The notes: generated by a model from the letters alone, not told the origin. A DNA stretch of 64,000 bases from Candidatus Heimdallarchaeota archaeon (GCA_021399395.1 JAAFKJ010000043.1:1-64000); one strand, 5' to 3'. Positions 50,417 through 60,971 are shown, counted from the stretch's first letter. Numbers and translations: made by a program.

Positions 50417-51354
50417 CTTACAAGACCTCTTCTTTTGGAACCAAAATATGTGAGTAATAGTTTCTCCATTAAAACTGTTGTAGGGGCATCAATTACATCA
50501 ATATTCAAACCAACTGCTTTTCTTTTGAATTCATTGATTTCCTTTATTTGTAATCCTAGCTCGTACATGAACATACCTCGCTCAAGTAGATTGCTGAAGT
50601 TAACTGCTAAAACTTCACCAGTCTCGGGGTCTTGAAATTTTACTTGTCTAGGATTTTTTGGAAATAGAAATTCTTCAGGATCATGTATGTGAATAAGTTT
50701 AACATCATGATGTTTTACGTTTGCAACTTTAAAACCATCCAATGCTTTCTCAAGATCACCATGAAGATCTGTAAGAATGATGATTATTGCTCTTCTTTTT
50801 TGTGCTAATGCTATATCTCGGATGCTTTCTCCAATGTCTGTATTTCCAAGTGGAGCAACCTTCAGCATCTCATTGAATATACTATAAAGGTGAGTTTTTC
50901 CTCCTCTTGGTGGTATATATTTGTGGATTTTATCTGAGAATGATACCCAACCAAAATTATCACGATTATTCATTACAGTATATGCTAAAGTAGCTATAGC
51001 TTCCACTGCCATTTTTATTCTAGGTGTTGGATCACCAAGCAACATTGAATAACTTGTGTCAAGCATCAGGATAACATTGGTGTTTCTTTCTTGTTCATAA
51101 TCTCTTACAATTAATTTATGTGGAACTCTTGAAGATGCATTCCAATCTATAAATCTAAGATCATCTCCCTCAGTATACTCTCGTAAATCAGCATATTCTG
51201 TTCCTGGTCCTCGAAAGATAGAACGTCTGTGACCTTGTAAAAAGCTTGTAGATCTCTCTTTTGCAAGAATCTCTAACTTCTTGAGTTTCTTAAGAGGAAT
51301 TTTTCCGCTTTCTCTCTTTTCTTTCACTGACTTAGGTCCTTCTGCTAGAGTCAT
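50413..51354 (-). CDS. DUF58 (vWA-like) protein
   Basis: GTEYADLREYTEGDDLRFIDWNASSR, LDTSYSM, ILTD. Confidence 0.93.
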   Translation of the reverse strand: MTLAEGPKSVKEKRESGKIPLKKLKKLEILAKERSTSFLQGHRRSIFRGPGTEYADLREYTEGDDLRFIDWNASSRVPHKLIVRDYEQERNTNVILMLDTSYSMLLGDPTPRIKMAVEAIATLAYTVMNNRDNFGWVSFSDKIHKYIPPRGGKTHLYSIFNEMLKVAPLGNTDIGESIRDIALAQKRRAIIIILTDLHGDLEKALDGFKVANVKHHDVKLIHIHDPEEFLFPKNPRQVKFQDPETGEVLAVNFSNLLERGMFMYELGLQIKEINEFKRKAVGLNIDVIDAPTTVLMEKLLLTYFGSKRRGLVR

Positions 51355-51358
51355 ACCC

Positions 51359-52951
51359 TTAACTTCCATTTACTAATTTATCATGAACATTCTCAATTGA
51401 TTTGAGTATTTTTTGACCTTCTTTCAAAATATATTTGTCATCCCAAAGTAAACTATCAACAACTTTGAAAACTTGCTTAGCTTCTTTGTGAATTTGTTTT
51501 TCATCCTTAATCATATCTAGAACAATATTGTTGATGTCTACTAATATTCCAATATTAATTTCTCCTTTAACAATAAGAGATAGTATCTTTTGATAGGTAT
51601 CGAGTATTTTGAGTGCTTCTTTACCTTTCTTTTTGATCTTACTGATATCAATTATAAGAGGTTCTTTTACCTTTACTTTATCTTTCAAATCCTCTTCTAG
51701 AATCTCTTCAAGTTCTTTTTCTACTCCTCTGGCTAAACGTAAACTTCTCTTCTTCATTGCTGCTAAATAAGCAAAAATTGGGAACAGGTTAAAATACCAA
51801 CTTGGCTCTAAAATTCCTTTTTCAACCATTAGTTTCTCAAAATATCTATTCAATGAGAGTCCTATTGAAACAAGTATTAGGAATAAATGACAGATAATCA
51901 TCCAAGAGTATGAGGTGTCATTTGCATTGAGGAAAATCATCACCGCAACACTCAGTAAAAACCAAATTGCCATTGCTATGAAGATGTAACTTTCTTTTTG
52001 CCAATAAAGCCAAACTCCAATGAGACTCGCTACTATTGTTACTAAATAGAATATAATTACTTGAACAATTGTAATTCTGGACCAGAAAGTAAAGTAAAAC
52101 ATGGTTAACATAAGAGTTGAAAACATTGTTGCTCCTATTGCAGCTTGTACTAACTGTCTAACATTGCTCTCAAATCTGATATCTGACCTGAATTGATGTC
52201 TATCTAAAGTACCTCTGAACTTCTCATAACTTTGATAAAGTACAGCAAACATCATACCTCCCATTATTGCTACATCAATAACAGAAATTAGGGTTGTGGT
52301 ACTTAGAAGGGATGCAGCATCTACTTCATAGACTCCAATGAACTTCGAGAAAATATCTTCATGAAAAATCATTGGGGCGAATATAATGATTAACACGGCA
52401 TACAGTAGCCACAAAAGATTGTTTGCGGAGCTTATAAGGTCTAATGCTATTGGAGGTTCAGAGACATTCCATTCAGCACCACTAAGGAATTTAGGCATTC
52501 TATCTTGAATATATCTTGAACGTATGACTCGTTCTAGAATTTCTGATCCTATAATTAGTCCTGCTATTATTGGTAAAGATATCCAAATACCCAAACCATT
52601 TGGATTTGGTCCAAGTATAAGCAAGAAGAGATTCACTCCTGTTGCATTTGCTATTGCAATACCTGCATTTGGGATTGTTGCTTGCAGAATAGAGAAAATT
52701 ATTATCAAGAGGAATGGAATTAGTTTTAGGAAGGAGTACCACAGTTTTTCTAATCTTATTCGAATACCTACACCTCTCGCAGTTTCTACAAGAGTTGCAT
52801 TTAATTCATATGGGTAGACTTTACGAGAACCTTTGACGATAGCTCTTGTTTGACTTTTGAACAATCGAGTTCTCATTCCAAAAGATCTCATGAGTACATC
52901 CATTTTCTTCAATGATCTTTCCAAAGGTGTTGTTGGTTCTTTTGAGCTCAT
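51359..52951 (-). CDS. Polytopic membrane protein (about 9 TM) with a soluble C-terminal domain
   Basis: Hydrophobic segments; likely start MSSKEP directly after the upstream stop. Confidence 0.72.
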   Translation of the reverse strand: MSSKEPTTPLERSLKKMDVLMRSFGMRTRLFKSQTRAIVKGSRKVYPYELNATLVETARGVGIRIRLEKLWYSFLKLIPFLLIIIFSILQATIPNAGIAIANATGVNLFLLILGPNPNGLGIWISLPIIAGLIIGSEILERVIRSRYIQDRMPKFLSGAEWNVSEPPIALDLISSANNLLWLLYAVLIIIFAPMIFHEDIFSKFIGVYEVDAASLLSTTTLISVIDVAIMGGMMFAVLYQSYEKFRGTLDRHQFRSDIRFESNVRQLVQAAIGATMFSTLMLTMFYFTFWSRITIVQVIIFYLVTIVASLIGVWLYWQKESYIFIAMAIWFLLSVAVMIFLNANDTSYSWMIICHLFLILVSIGLSLNRYFEKLMVEKGILEPSWYFNLFPIFAYLAAMKKRSLRLARGVEKELEEILEEDLKDKVKVKEPLIIDISKIKKKGKEALKILDTYQKILSLIVKGEINIGILVDINNIVLDMIKDEKQIHKEAKQVFKVVDSLLWDDKYILKEGQKILKSIENVHDKLVNGS

Positions 52952-52952
52952 T

Positions 52953-53702
52953 CTAGTTTTCCTCCTCTTTCTTCGCTTTTTTTTGCAATTTCTTAAGCCG
53001 TCTTTCCTCCCGTTTTTGAGGAGCGTTTGCAATAGCTTCCTTTGTTTTCTTATACGCTATTTTCGATAATTCAACAGTTTTTGGAATTCCTATAAATAAA
53101 GCAGGAGTAATCATTACTAGAAATATAAAAACAAAAATGATAATCCATCTAACGAATGTTTGTGGGTCTGGAAATCCTGGAAGATTGATTATAGGATTTG
53201 CATCTCCTCTTTCAACTTGGATATATGATTTGTCTCCAGGAAATTGTGCGATGAAGAGAGAATCTAAAGGATGAGATGAGCTTTTTGCTATGATCTCAAT
53301 GGAGATGTTGAATAGATTATAATCTGCTGGTGCAATTAATGTGGTGTTGATATTGTATGCTTGAATAGTTTCGTTTAACACAAAATCCTCTGCATGCAAA
53401 TATCTTGCTTCAGTTTCATTATCTGGGTAGACATAAGTAATATCAACATAAGTTATGGAAATATTGTAACCAGATTGAATATTAGCTGCTCCAAAAGTAA
53501 TACTAAAATTGACTCCAACATTTTCCTCCCAACTTAATGGAGCTCTTGAAACAACTGTGAAGTTTGAATTTTCATCAATTTCAAATCTATAGGTTGGGGA
53601 AGTATATACACTCTCTTGCCCTTTTACTTGATTAATGGGTAATATTGTTAGTGCTAAAATTGTGATTAATATAAGATTAAGTGTTAGTTTTTTTAACTTC
53701 AT
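52953..53702 (-). CDS. Secreted single-TM glycoprotein
   Basis: Signal peptide, many NxS/T sequons, TM helix and a basic tail. Confidence 0.72.
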   Translation of the reverse strand: MKLKKLTLNLILITILALTILPINQVKGQESVYTSPTYRFEIDENSNFTVVSRAPLSWEENVGVNFSITFGAANIQSGYNISITYVDITYVYPDNETEARYLHAEDFVLNETIQAYNINTTLIAPADYNLFNISIEIIAKSSSHPLDSLFIAQFPGDKSYIQVERGDANPIINLPGFPDPQTFVRWIIIFVFIFLVMITPALFIGIPKTVELSKIAYKKTKEAIANAPQKREERRLKKLQKKAKKEEEN

Positions 53703-55906
53703 TTTTGCTCTTTTCTCCATTTTTCAAATTTCTGAATTAAACTCATAACAGATTCCACATAATCTCTAGATTGAGGTTTGGTGTAGTAAACCTGTTCTTC
53801 ATTCAACATACTATTTGAAATTCCTCTTCCCACAGAAAGGATTTCTAATGTTTCTGAAATTAAGAAAGAAGGAATATATTTACGAATAGTTTTCTCTTGC
53901 AAATCCTCATTAACTGCAAGTAGGTTGACAGGTACAGCTCTACTTAGATAACCAAGCAGTTCCCAATACTCTCCTAGCATTGCTTTCCAAGGTTCTTTAG
54001 AAACATCTATCTCTCTTGATCTTTTGATAGCATCAATCTGAATTTCTTCAACTGAAACAAGCATTTCATATTTCTGTTCCTCCTCTTGAATCTTCTTAAT
54101 CATCCGTCTCCGAACGATGAAATAAGTTAGTAGAAATGCGAGTATAGGTGCAATCAAACCTAAAAGACTTAGAAAGATGAGGTTGTTCATCAGAGAATTT
54201 TTTTGCTCTTCTGTAAGCTCTGTTTCTACTCTGAAATGCTCAAATCTTGCAGATAGATCTTCTATTGCATCAATGACATCAATAAATGAATAAGTAATTT
54301 GTGCAGAAAATAAATCGTGATACGGGTCAATTTCTCTGTTTGGGTGAATGAATCTGATTTTTGTCCTTCCTTCAGGAGTTTTTTCTAGTTTTCCTTCACC
54401 ATCAAGAGTAAGATAATCCTCGGGTGAAGCACTATAAACGATAGAATCTTCAGGCATTATGACGGTGTAATCTATATTTGCCTTTGAATAGTTATAATCT
54501 AATGTGGTATCGTTTTGTAAATCTGGATTAATGAATAAAAGCCAGAAATAATCAAGATATACTAGAATGTTACTATTATTATAATATACGTAGGGTCTAA
54601 CAATTTCATAGTGAATATAACCTTGAACATTTCTGATAAGATATCGGTCACTAAACTGTTGATAGGAAACAGGTGTGCCGAACTCGTTGTATGCTGAGAA
54701 TTCAAGTACCTCGCTGGTATCAATCCAAATACTATAATTGTCGATAAGAAACCCTATGTCAAACTTTACGGTTTCAAATGCAATACCATCTGCATCCAAA
54801 TCAACTATAGTTTCGTAATCCATAACTTCATCCTGATTCAAGATAGGTTCTGCACCTTCCATAGTGACCATTTTATTGTTTGTAATTGTTTGATAATTCA
54901 CGTCATCCGTTGTTTGATCATTTATGTGCATGGTCTGTGATATCAATAGTAAGATGAAGAAAACATTGAATAGAGCAGATACCCGTTTTCTTGGATCTTG
55001 TTCTCCTTCTATGTCTCTCAACATTTTCTTAGGTAAGCTTCTTGCTTCATTTAAACGTGATTTGAATTTCCTTTTTGCCCTCAAATAACCATAAAGAGAT
55101 GCCATTATACTGACCACTACAGCTAAAAATGCAATTAATCTGAAATAAATTTGTAGTAAATCCAACAAACTTTCTATTTGTTCAAGTTCTTGTTCTTGGC
55201 TTTGGTTCTGATACATTTGTTCAGTAAACTGTAGATAAATCGGGTCATAATTGTAAGTTATCTCATATGTTAGCGGGTCATGAAATGGATCCATTGCTCT
55301 TTCTTCATAATCCCATGTTATACCAAATCTCTCTCCTTCCTTTACAATGACTGCTTTATCCGTAGGCGCAAAACTCACTAAACCTGCACCCTTTGGTAAT
55401 ATCTGTTTGTTATGGTAAGTCACAGGAGCATATCTTTCTTCTCCTTCTGGAGTAAGGTAACTGAATTGTGCCCAAAAGGTGTCAAATATAACAATAAAGT
55501 TTGTATCAATGAAATAATCAGGCTCACTATAAACCTCTATTTTATAGTACAATTCAATAGTCCTGGGGTAAATCCTAATCCTATCATCGTAAAGAGTGAA
55601 ATCTACACCTTCTGTTAGATTTCCAATACCATCCCAAAAAGCAATTAACTGCATAGCGGGAACATTTCCATAGATTGTGAGATAACCTCCTCCAGAGTTG
55701 AGGTCTACCCAACGAATATACCCGTTTGTTTCAGTAATATTGTTTTTGTCATAATATTGGTCTTTACTAATAATAACTGTAAAATCAGTCTCTTGAGCTT
55801 GAACATTGTTTGTTTTTGAATAGATTACAAAAGCACTACTACCCACTAAAGCAACGACTTCTAGACTAATGATTATGAGCAAGATTAACTTACGTTCGAT
55901 CTTCAT
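53699..55906 (-). CDS. Membrane protein with an internally duplicated extracellular domain
   Basis: Two repeats share DxFW...(L/M)P...AP/SP...DP(F/Y)HD...ITY, each followed by a coiled coil and a TM helix. Confidence 0.75.
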   Translation of the reverse strand: MKIERKLILLIIISLEVVALVGSSAFVIYSKTNNVQAQETDFTVIISKDQYYDKNNITETNGYIRWVDLNSGGGYLTIYGNVPAMQLIAFWDGIGNLTEGVDFTLYDDRIRIYPRTIELYYKIEVYSEPDYFIDTNFIVIFDTFWAQFSYLTPEGEERYAPVTYHNKQILPKGAGLVSFAPTDKAVIVKEGERFGITWDYEERAMDPFHDPLTYEITYNYDPIYLQFTEQMYQNQSQEQELEQIESLLDLLQIYFRLIAFLAVVVSIMASLYGYLRAKRKFKSRLNEARSLPKKMLRDIEGEQDPRKRVSALFNVFFILLLISQTMHINDQTTDDVNYQTITNNKMVTMEGAEPILNQDEVMDYETIVDLDADGIAFETVKFDIGFLIDNYSIWIDTSEVLEFSAYNEFGTPVSYQQFSDRYLIRNVQGYIHYEIVRPYVYYNNSNILVYLDYFWLLFINPDLQNDTTLDYNYSKANIDYTVIMPEDSIVYSASPEDYLTLDGEGKLEKTPEGRTKIRFIHPNREIDPYHDLFSAQITYSFIDVIDAIEDLSARFEHFRVETELTEEQKNSLMNNLIFLSLLGLIAPILAFLLTYFIVRRRMIKKIQEEEQKYEMLVSVEEIQIDAIKRSREIDVSKEPWKAMLGEYWELLGYLSRAVPVNLLAVNEDLQEKTIRKYIPSFLISETLEILSVGRGISNSMLNEEQVYYTKPQSRDYVESVMSLIQKFEKWRKEQK

Positions 55907-55918
55907 TCACTTCAATCT

Positions 55919-56944
55919 CTATGCTTGTACACTTGGAGCTGGAGTATGCTTTAATATTCTATCAATAATAATTTCAGAAGTTGTTCCATCAAATTCGTAT
56001 TCAGGTTTAATAAGCACTCTATGTCGTAATACGTTCTTAGCAACCTTTTGAATATCTAATGGATTAACGTACTTTCTACCATCCAAAGCAGCTGTAGCTT
56101 TGGCAGCAATGGTCATCCACAAACTAGCTCGGGGACTAGCACCCATGTAGACTTCTTCGCTCTCTCTAGTGAGATTAACGATCCTAACAATATATTTAGA
56201 AAGATCTTGAGAAATACTAACTTCCTTCCTGACAACTTTTTGTAATTCTAAAACTTCGTCTCCTGTCATTACTGGGACGATGTCTTCTAATTTATCATAG
56301 GAATCATATTCGCCTGTAAAACGGTTAACTATCTCAACTTCGTTTGCTTCTTCAGGGTAGGTAACTAGAAGTTTGAAGGCAAAACGATCGATTTGAGCTT
56401 CAGGTAAAGGATACGTACCTTCGGTTTCTATGGGGTTCTGCGTGGCAAATACGATGAATGGGGCTGGTAATTCATATGTTTTCTTTTCAACTGACACCTG
56501 TTTTTCCTGCATGCTCTCTAGCATTGCTGCTTGAGTTTTTGGAGGTGCTCTGTTAATTTCATCCGCTAGTAAAAGATTTGTAAACACTGGTCCTTGCTTG
56601 AAGTAAAAGTCTCCTGTTTCTGGTCTAAATGCCATGACTCCTGTTACATCAGAAGGCATGAGATCTGGTGTAAATTGAATCCTTTTGAAATCTGCAGAGA
56701 TTGCTCTTGCCAAGGCACGTGCCATGAGTGTTTTTGCAATACCTGGTACTCCTTCAAGTAGAACATGACCATCAGCTAGAACTGCAGCTATCATTGATTC
56801 TATTACTTCTTCTTGGCCTACTATTACTTTGCTGATGCTTTGTTTAATCTGCTTAACTTTTTTAGAAATATCTTTGATGCCAACTTTGGTAGATTGTGTT
56901 TTTTTCTTTGAAACTTTTTTCTCCTTAGAACTCATTATTGACAC
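55919..56944 (-). CDS. moxR: MoxR family AAA+ ATPase
   Basis: HVLLEGVPGIAKT, RIQFTPDLMPSD, LADEINRAPPKTQAA, ATQNPIE, LPEAQIDRF, SPRA. Confidence 0.96.
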   Translation of the reverse strand: MSIMSSKEKKVSKKKTQSTKVGIKDISKKVKQIKQSISKVIVGQEEVIESMIAAVLADGHVLLEGVPGIAKTLMARALARAISADFKRIQFTPDLMPSDVTGVMAFRPETGDFYFKQGPVFTNLLLADEINRAPPKTQAAMLESMQEKQVSVEKKTYELPAPFIVFATQNPIETEGTYPLPEAQIDRFAFKLLVTYPEEANEVEIVNRFTGEYDSYDKLEDIVPVMTGDEVLELQKVVRKEVSISQDLSKYIVRIVNLTRESEEVYMGASPRASLWMTIAAKATAALDGRKYVNPLDIQKVAKNVLRHRVLIKPEYEFDGTTSEIIIDRILKHTPAPSVQA

Positions 56945-57030
56945 TCCTTAAGTAGAAAAGTCTAATTCCCTTATAAACGTATTTTATTAAAAGAAATTAA
57001 AATTATCTGAAGAACAAAAAACTCTAGGAA

Positions 57031-57744
57031 TTATGTTTCTTCTTCTACAGCTTTCTGACTGGGTTCTGTAGCCACTTCTTCTTCCCACTCTTCATGAAAA
57101 TCCCACTGTGAAAGCGATATGCTAAAAGAAGAATCTTCTTTCCCTGGACACTCGATTCTTATAGTGAGATGATCCTTAGAAATTTCTTCTACTTCTGGGT
57201 GTAAACAATTCTCTTCTAAAATATCCATAAGAGCTGCGACATATGTGTTTGAGATTTGGTTAATACTTTCCTCTTGGATTTTAAGACCAACCTCTCCCAA
57301 TTTATAGCAAGTTTTACGTCCTTCGCTGAACTTTTCAACTAAATTTGCTTGAACCATTCTATCTGCATGATGTCTTACAGTGTCATGATGAATACCTATT
57401 TCTTTTGCAATTATTGTTTGATGAATACCTTCATTATTTACAATATAAGCAAAAATTTTCCTTGCAGTTAAATGTTTTAGAACCACAAATGCTTTTTCAA
57501 CATCTTCATCTCTTAATGTTCTTGAAAAATAGACTCTCTTTCCCCCAAATTTCGTAGTCTTGATTAAATTAGCTTCTTCAAGTTTCCTTAGATGCCAGTT
57601 TACAGTACCATGCGGTGCAGTTAAAGTACTTGATAATTCAAAAAAATATGCACCAGGGGTCTCACAAACAAGACGGTAAATCTCACGGCGTAATGGATGG
57701 AGAAGCAAAGTGAGACGTTTTTCCTTTACTCTCCTTTGAACCAA
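57031..57744 (-). CDS. Double winged-helix transcriptional regulator (ArsR-like)
   Basis: HPLRREIYRLV..PG...GTVNWHLRKLE, plus a second HTH TARKIF..GIHQ..TVRHH. Confidence 0.85.
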   Translation of the reverse strand: MVQRRVKEKRLTLLLHPLRREIYRLVCETPGAYFFELSSTLTAPHGTVNWHLRKLEEANLIKTTKFGGKRVYFSRTLRDEDVEKAFVVLKHLTARKIFAYIVNNEGIHQTIIAKEIGIHHDTVRHHADRMVQANLVEKFSEGRKTCYKLGEVGLKIQEESINQISNTYVAALMDILEENCLHPEVEEISKDHLTIRIECPGKEDSSFSISLSQWDFHEEWEEEVATEPSQKAVEEET

Positions 57745-57759
57745 AAAAGGTTCACTCCT

Positions 57760-58188
57760 TTAAACTGTTAAAGTATCAACTTCGACGCTTGATACTCCTT
57801 CGATTCGCTCAAGTTCATCCTTGATTTGATCAATACTAACTTCCTTAAGCTCATCAGAGTCAATATAACCTTCATACACACAAGCACTTTGTGTGAAACA
57901 CAAACCAGTACTGTACAGTGTTTTAATACCGAGTCTTATGAAAATAGAACCCATTTTACGAAGGAAATCAGGAGATAATTTTCCGATATTGATATTGATT
58001 TTAGCTACTTCATTAGTGCTTGTAGGAATAATTCTAATGATTCTAGTATTTGGTGCAAGAATCAACACTGCAAAAGTTTTACCATCTGGTTTGAGAGCTG
58101 ATAGGAATTCTTCTGGTAGTTCAATTGGCTTTTCGGCCTCTAATTTCACCATCTTTGCGATCGTAACTGATTGTTTTTCGCTGCTCAT
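57760..58188 (-). CDS. Hypothetical protein with an ACT-like C-terminal domain
   Basis: Beta-alpha-beta pattern, YSTGLC..CVYEGY, ELERIEGVSSVEV. Confidence 0.6.
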   Translation of the reverse strand: MSSEKQSVTIAKMVKLEAEKPIELPEEFLSALKPDGKTFAVLILAPNTRIIRIIPTSTNEVAKININIGKLSPDFLRKMGSIFIRLGIKTLYSTGLCFTQSACVYEGYIDSDELKEVSIDQIKDELERIEGVSSVEVDTLTV

Positions 58189-58227
58189 TTTCTTTTTTCT
58201 CCATCTGTAACTATTATTGATTACTTT

Positions 58228-58239
58228 ATGTAATTACAT
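58228..58239. promoter_or_regulatory. Perfect 12-bp palindrome next to the TATA box of the ACT-wHTH-moxR operon (candidate operator)
   Basis: ATGTAATTACAT immediately downstream (minus strand) of TTATATAAA at 58248-58240. Confidence 0.5.
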
Positions 58240-58426
58240 TTATATAACTATTTTGCCTTTCTTAAATACTTTACGCTACTGCGGGGAATATTTAGCTATT
58301 TTTCTTTGTTGAATTAAGCTATTATTTAACTAAAGATTTACTTTAGATTTGAGCTAGTTCGAGAATTATTGCAATAAGTTTTAATAACACTCGGGCACTC
58401 TTAACTTCATACTTGAGGAAGTAATA

Positions 58427-59986
58427 ATGGGCGAATTAACTGCGAATAAAATTGACGATGAAGAGGAAGATCTCTACAAGATTCCTCATCCTAAACGATC
58501 TCTAATCGGTATTTTTATTTCAACATTCTTTCTAAGAGTAGCTTTTGGTAGCACAACTGTTCTTATGCCTATTTACATCTTTCAACATCTGGAAGGTTTG
58601 GATGGATGGATAGGACATCTTAGTATAGTTATTGTAGAGATAACCTATGCAATCGCAGTAATTATAAGTTCTGGATATTTTGGTTTTAGATCTGATACTT
58701 CAAACTCAAAAAGATGGATACTGATTGGAACAGCTGCGGGAGGAATGATATTAGCTGGATATGGAATTTGTGCCTTAAACTGGGATGGATGGATTGGCAT
58801 CACTCCTTTGGTTAATGGTTTACTTATTTTTGGGATGAGTGTTTATCATTTCTTACATGGTCTTGCGGGTTCATGTAAAGTAAACGCATCTTATGGGTAC
58901 ATCTCAAGATTTTCCGTTTATGAAAACAGAGCTACTCGTATAGGATTTTATAATGCGTTTGTAACAGGTGGGAGAGCTGTTGGAGTAATACTTGCTGGTG
59001 TTTTGTATGATCGGATAGTAGGAGTTACAGAAACAAGTGAAACAAGTTGGCATCCAACGAATCCTAATCGTTTAATCTATCTTTATCTGATATTTGGTTT
59101 CGCAATCTTAATTTCGGCAGTCGTTGTATATTTCATGCTAGACAAAACTAAGTCTGTTGTAAAAGAAGAGAAATACAGTATAAAGAAAGAATTATTGACC
59201 TCTTGGAGATTAATTAAGGATAAAGGCAGAAGGGGAATTATTTTGCCACTTTTAGGAACAGCTTCAATTGTAGGTATTCTAAATAATTGGGGATTTCTTA
59301 TTCTTTCTTTAGAATCAACTCCTGGTGCTGCTAGCTGGACAACAGTTCTCTTCACAGTAGCTATGGGAGCACCTATGGCCTTGTGGGGTTGGTTAGCCGA
59401 TAAAATAGGCCGAAAGAAGACATTATGGATAGGTGTTGTAGGTTTACTCATTATGTCTGTGATGATTGGAATTGCTTTCTTTGGAAATTACTTGACAGGA
59501 GGAAATCCATGGTATGATCCCAATTCACAATTTGACTCTGGTGGTTTTATACAACCAGAAAATCTTTGGTTAACAATCATTCTCGTTATTTCTTTAATTA
59601 TGGGTTCAGCATATTTTCCTGCAATTAGTGGAAGATTAGGTGATAGTAGTTCAATTGGAGTTACTGAAGAATCTGTAGATGAGACACAAGAACTAGAAAG
59701 AACTGCAGAATTTCATGGTGCAACAATGAGTATTCAACAAACAATCCTCTCAATAAGCGAAATTATAGGTATCGTTGTAGGGGGAGTTGCGTTAATAATT
59801 GTTTATGCGATTTCAAAAACAGCAACAAACTTTGCATATAATATGATTGGGATGATTGTTCCAATACTTTTACTGCTCATCTTTACAACTATCGTATCCT
59901 TCTTGTGGCCAGCTGAAGATGATTTCATCAAAACTAGTAAAGTAAGAAGAAAAGATCAGAAAGAAAGTAGGAAATATAAGCTATAG
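58427..59986 (+). CDS. MFS transporter
   Basis: About 12 TM; motif A variants GFRSD and GWLADKIGRKK. Confidence 0.88.
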   Translation: MGELTANKIDDEEEDLYKIPHPKRSLIGIFISTFFLRVAFGSTTVLMPIYIFQHLEGLDGWIGHLSIVIVEITYAIAVIISSGYFGFRSDTSNSKRWILIGTAAGGMILAGYGICALNWDGWIGITPLVNGLLIFGMSVYHFLHGLAGSCKVNASYGYISRFSVYENRATRIGFYNAFVTGGRAVGVILAGVLYDRIVGVTETSETSWHPTNPNRLIYLYLIFGFAILISAVVVYFMLDKTKSVVKEEKYSIKKELLTSWRLIKDKGRRGIILPLLGTASIVGILNNWGFLILSLESTPGAASWTTVLFTVAMGAPMALWGWLADKIGRKKTLWIGVVGLLIMSVMIGIAFFGNYLTGGNPWYDPNSQFDSGGFIQPENLWLTIILVISLIMGSAYFPAISGRLGDSSSIGVTEESVDETQELERTAEFHGATMSIQQTILSISEIIGIVVGGVALIIVYAISKTATNFAYNMIGMIVPILLLLIFTTIVSFLWPAEDDFIKTSKVRRKDQKESRKYKL

Positions 59987-60092
59987 ATCAGAAATTTTCC
60001 TAATAAAATAAGAGCAAATTCAAGAGGACAAACCCCCATAAAAAATGCTCTTACCCACAGTTTTTTAACCTAGTATTTCTGGCAATCTTTCA

Positions 60093-60971
60093 ATGAAAGA
60101 CAATTGGCTGTTTCTAAATCAGATGTCATTTAATACTGATTTGATAGATTCCAACACAACTGTAATTGTGGGCTTTTCAGGTTACGGTTCAGTTGGTACA
60201 ACTGTCCTGAATCATATCATTGAGAGATTAGATGTAGAATCCATTGGTTTTTGGGGAACACTTAGCTGGTTCCACAAAGGGGTTCTAGAAACACCAATAA
60301 CAATCTATAGACTTGATGTAAAATCTAAAGATGATAAGGAAAACTTTGTATTGGTCACTTCTAGGTTGCCAATACCCGTGGTGGGGTATAATGCTCTACC
60401 AGATGCTTTCTGGAAATGGCTTTCACAAGAAATTCTCTCGTGGAAAGCTAAGCGTTATATCGTTATAGGTGGGTTGAGAGAGGATGTTCGAAATTCTTCT
60501 GATGATTTATGGACAACTTTGCTACCAACTAAAAGATATACCGAAATTTATGGAACTCAAAGAACCTTCAAAGATGATTTAACAATTAAAGGACCTATAA
60601 GCTTCCTCCTAACAGAAGGAACAGCATATAATCTTCCCGTACTTGGTGTTCTTTCTTATTGTAACACATACGATGTAGATTTAGATGCAGCTTCGATGGC
60701 TTTGAAAGACTTAGAAAAACAACTAGAGTTAGATTTAAACTCAAAAGAAATTGAGGAGTTTGATTTCTCATTTTTGGAAAATCAAGTTGAACTTTTCCAA
60801 GATGAAACTGATTTTGAGGAAGAATTTGACTCAGAGTATGAAGAAGAATTTGACGAAGAATTCAAAAGCTTTGATGCAGAAGAGGATAGAGAAAAGAAAT
60901 TCTCTGTTGATGAAAATTCTTCCTTTCACTTAGATCGAACACATAAAGATGATTTGAATAAATATAGATAA
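60093..60971 (+). CDS. PAC2 family proteasome assembly chaperone-like protein with an acidic tail
   Basis: IVGFSGYGSVG, IVIGGL, IKGPISFLL, DLDAA. Confidence 0.75.
   Translation: MKDNWLFLNQMSFNTDLIDSNTTVIVGFSGYGSVGTTVLNHIIERLDVESIGFWGTLSWFHKGVLETPITIYRLDVKSKDDKENFVLVTSRLPIPVVGYNALPDAFWKWLSQEILSWKAKRYIVIGGLREDVRNSSDDLWTTLLPTKRYTEIYGTQRTFKDDLTIKGPISFLLTEGTAYNLPVLGVLSYCNTYDVDLDAASMALKDLEKQLELDLNSKEIEEFDFSFLENQVELFQDETDFEEEFDSEYEEEFDEEFKSFDAEEDREKKFSVDENSSFHLDRTHKDDLNKYR

Noticed and set aside
52952-53032. Basic N-terminal extension of ORF 51359..53032
   Set aside because: It overlaps the upstream gene in another frame; ATG 52951 is the likely start.
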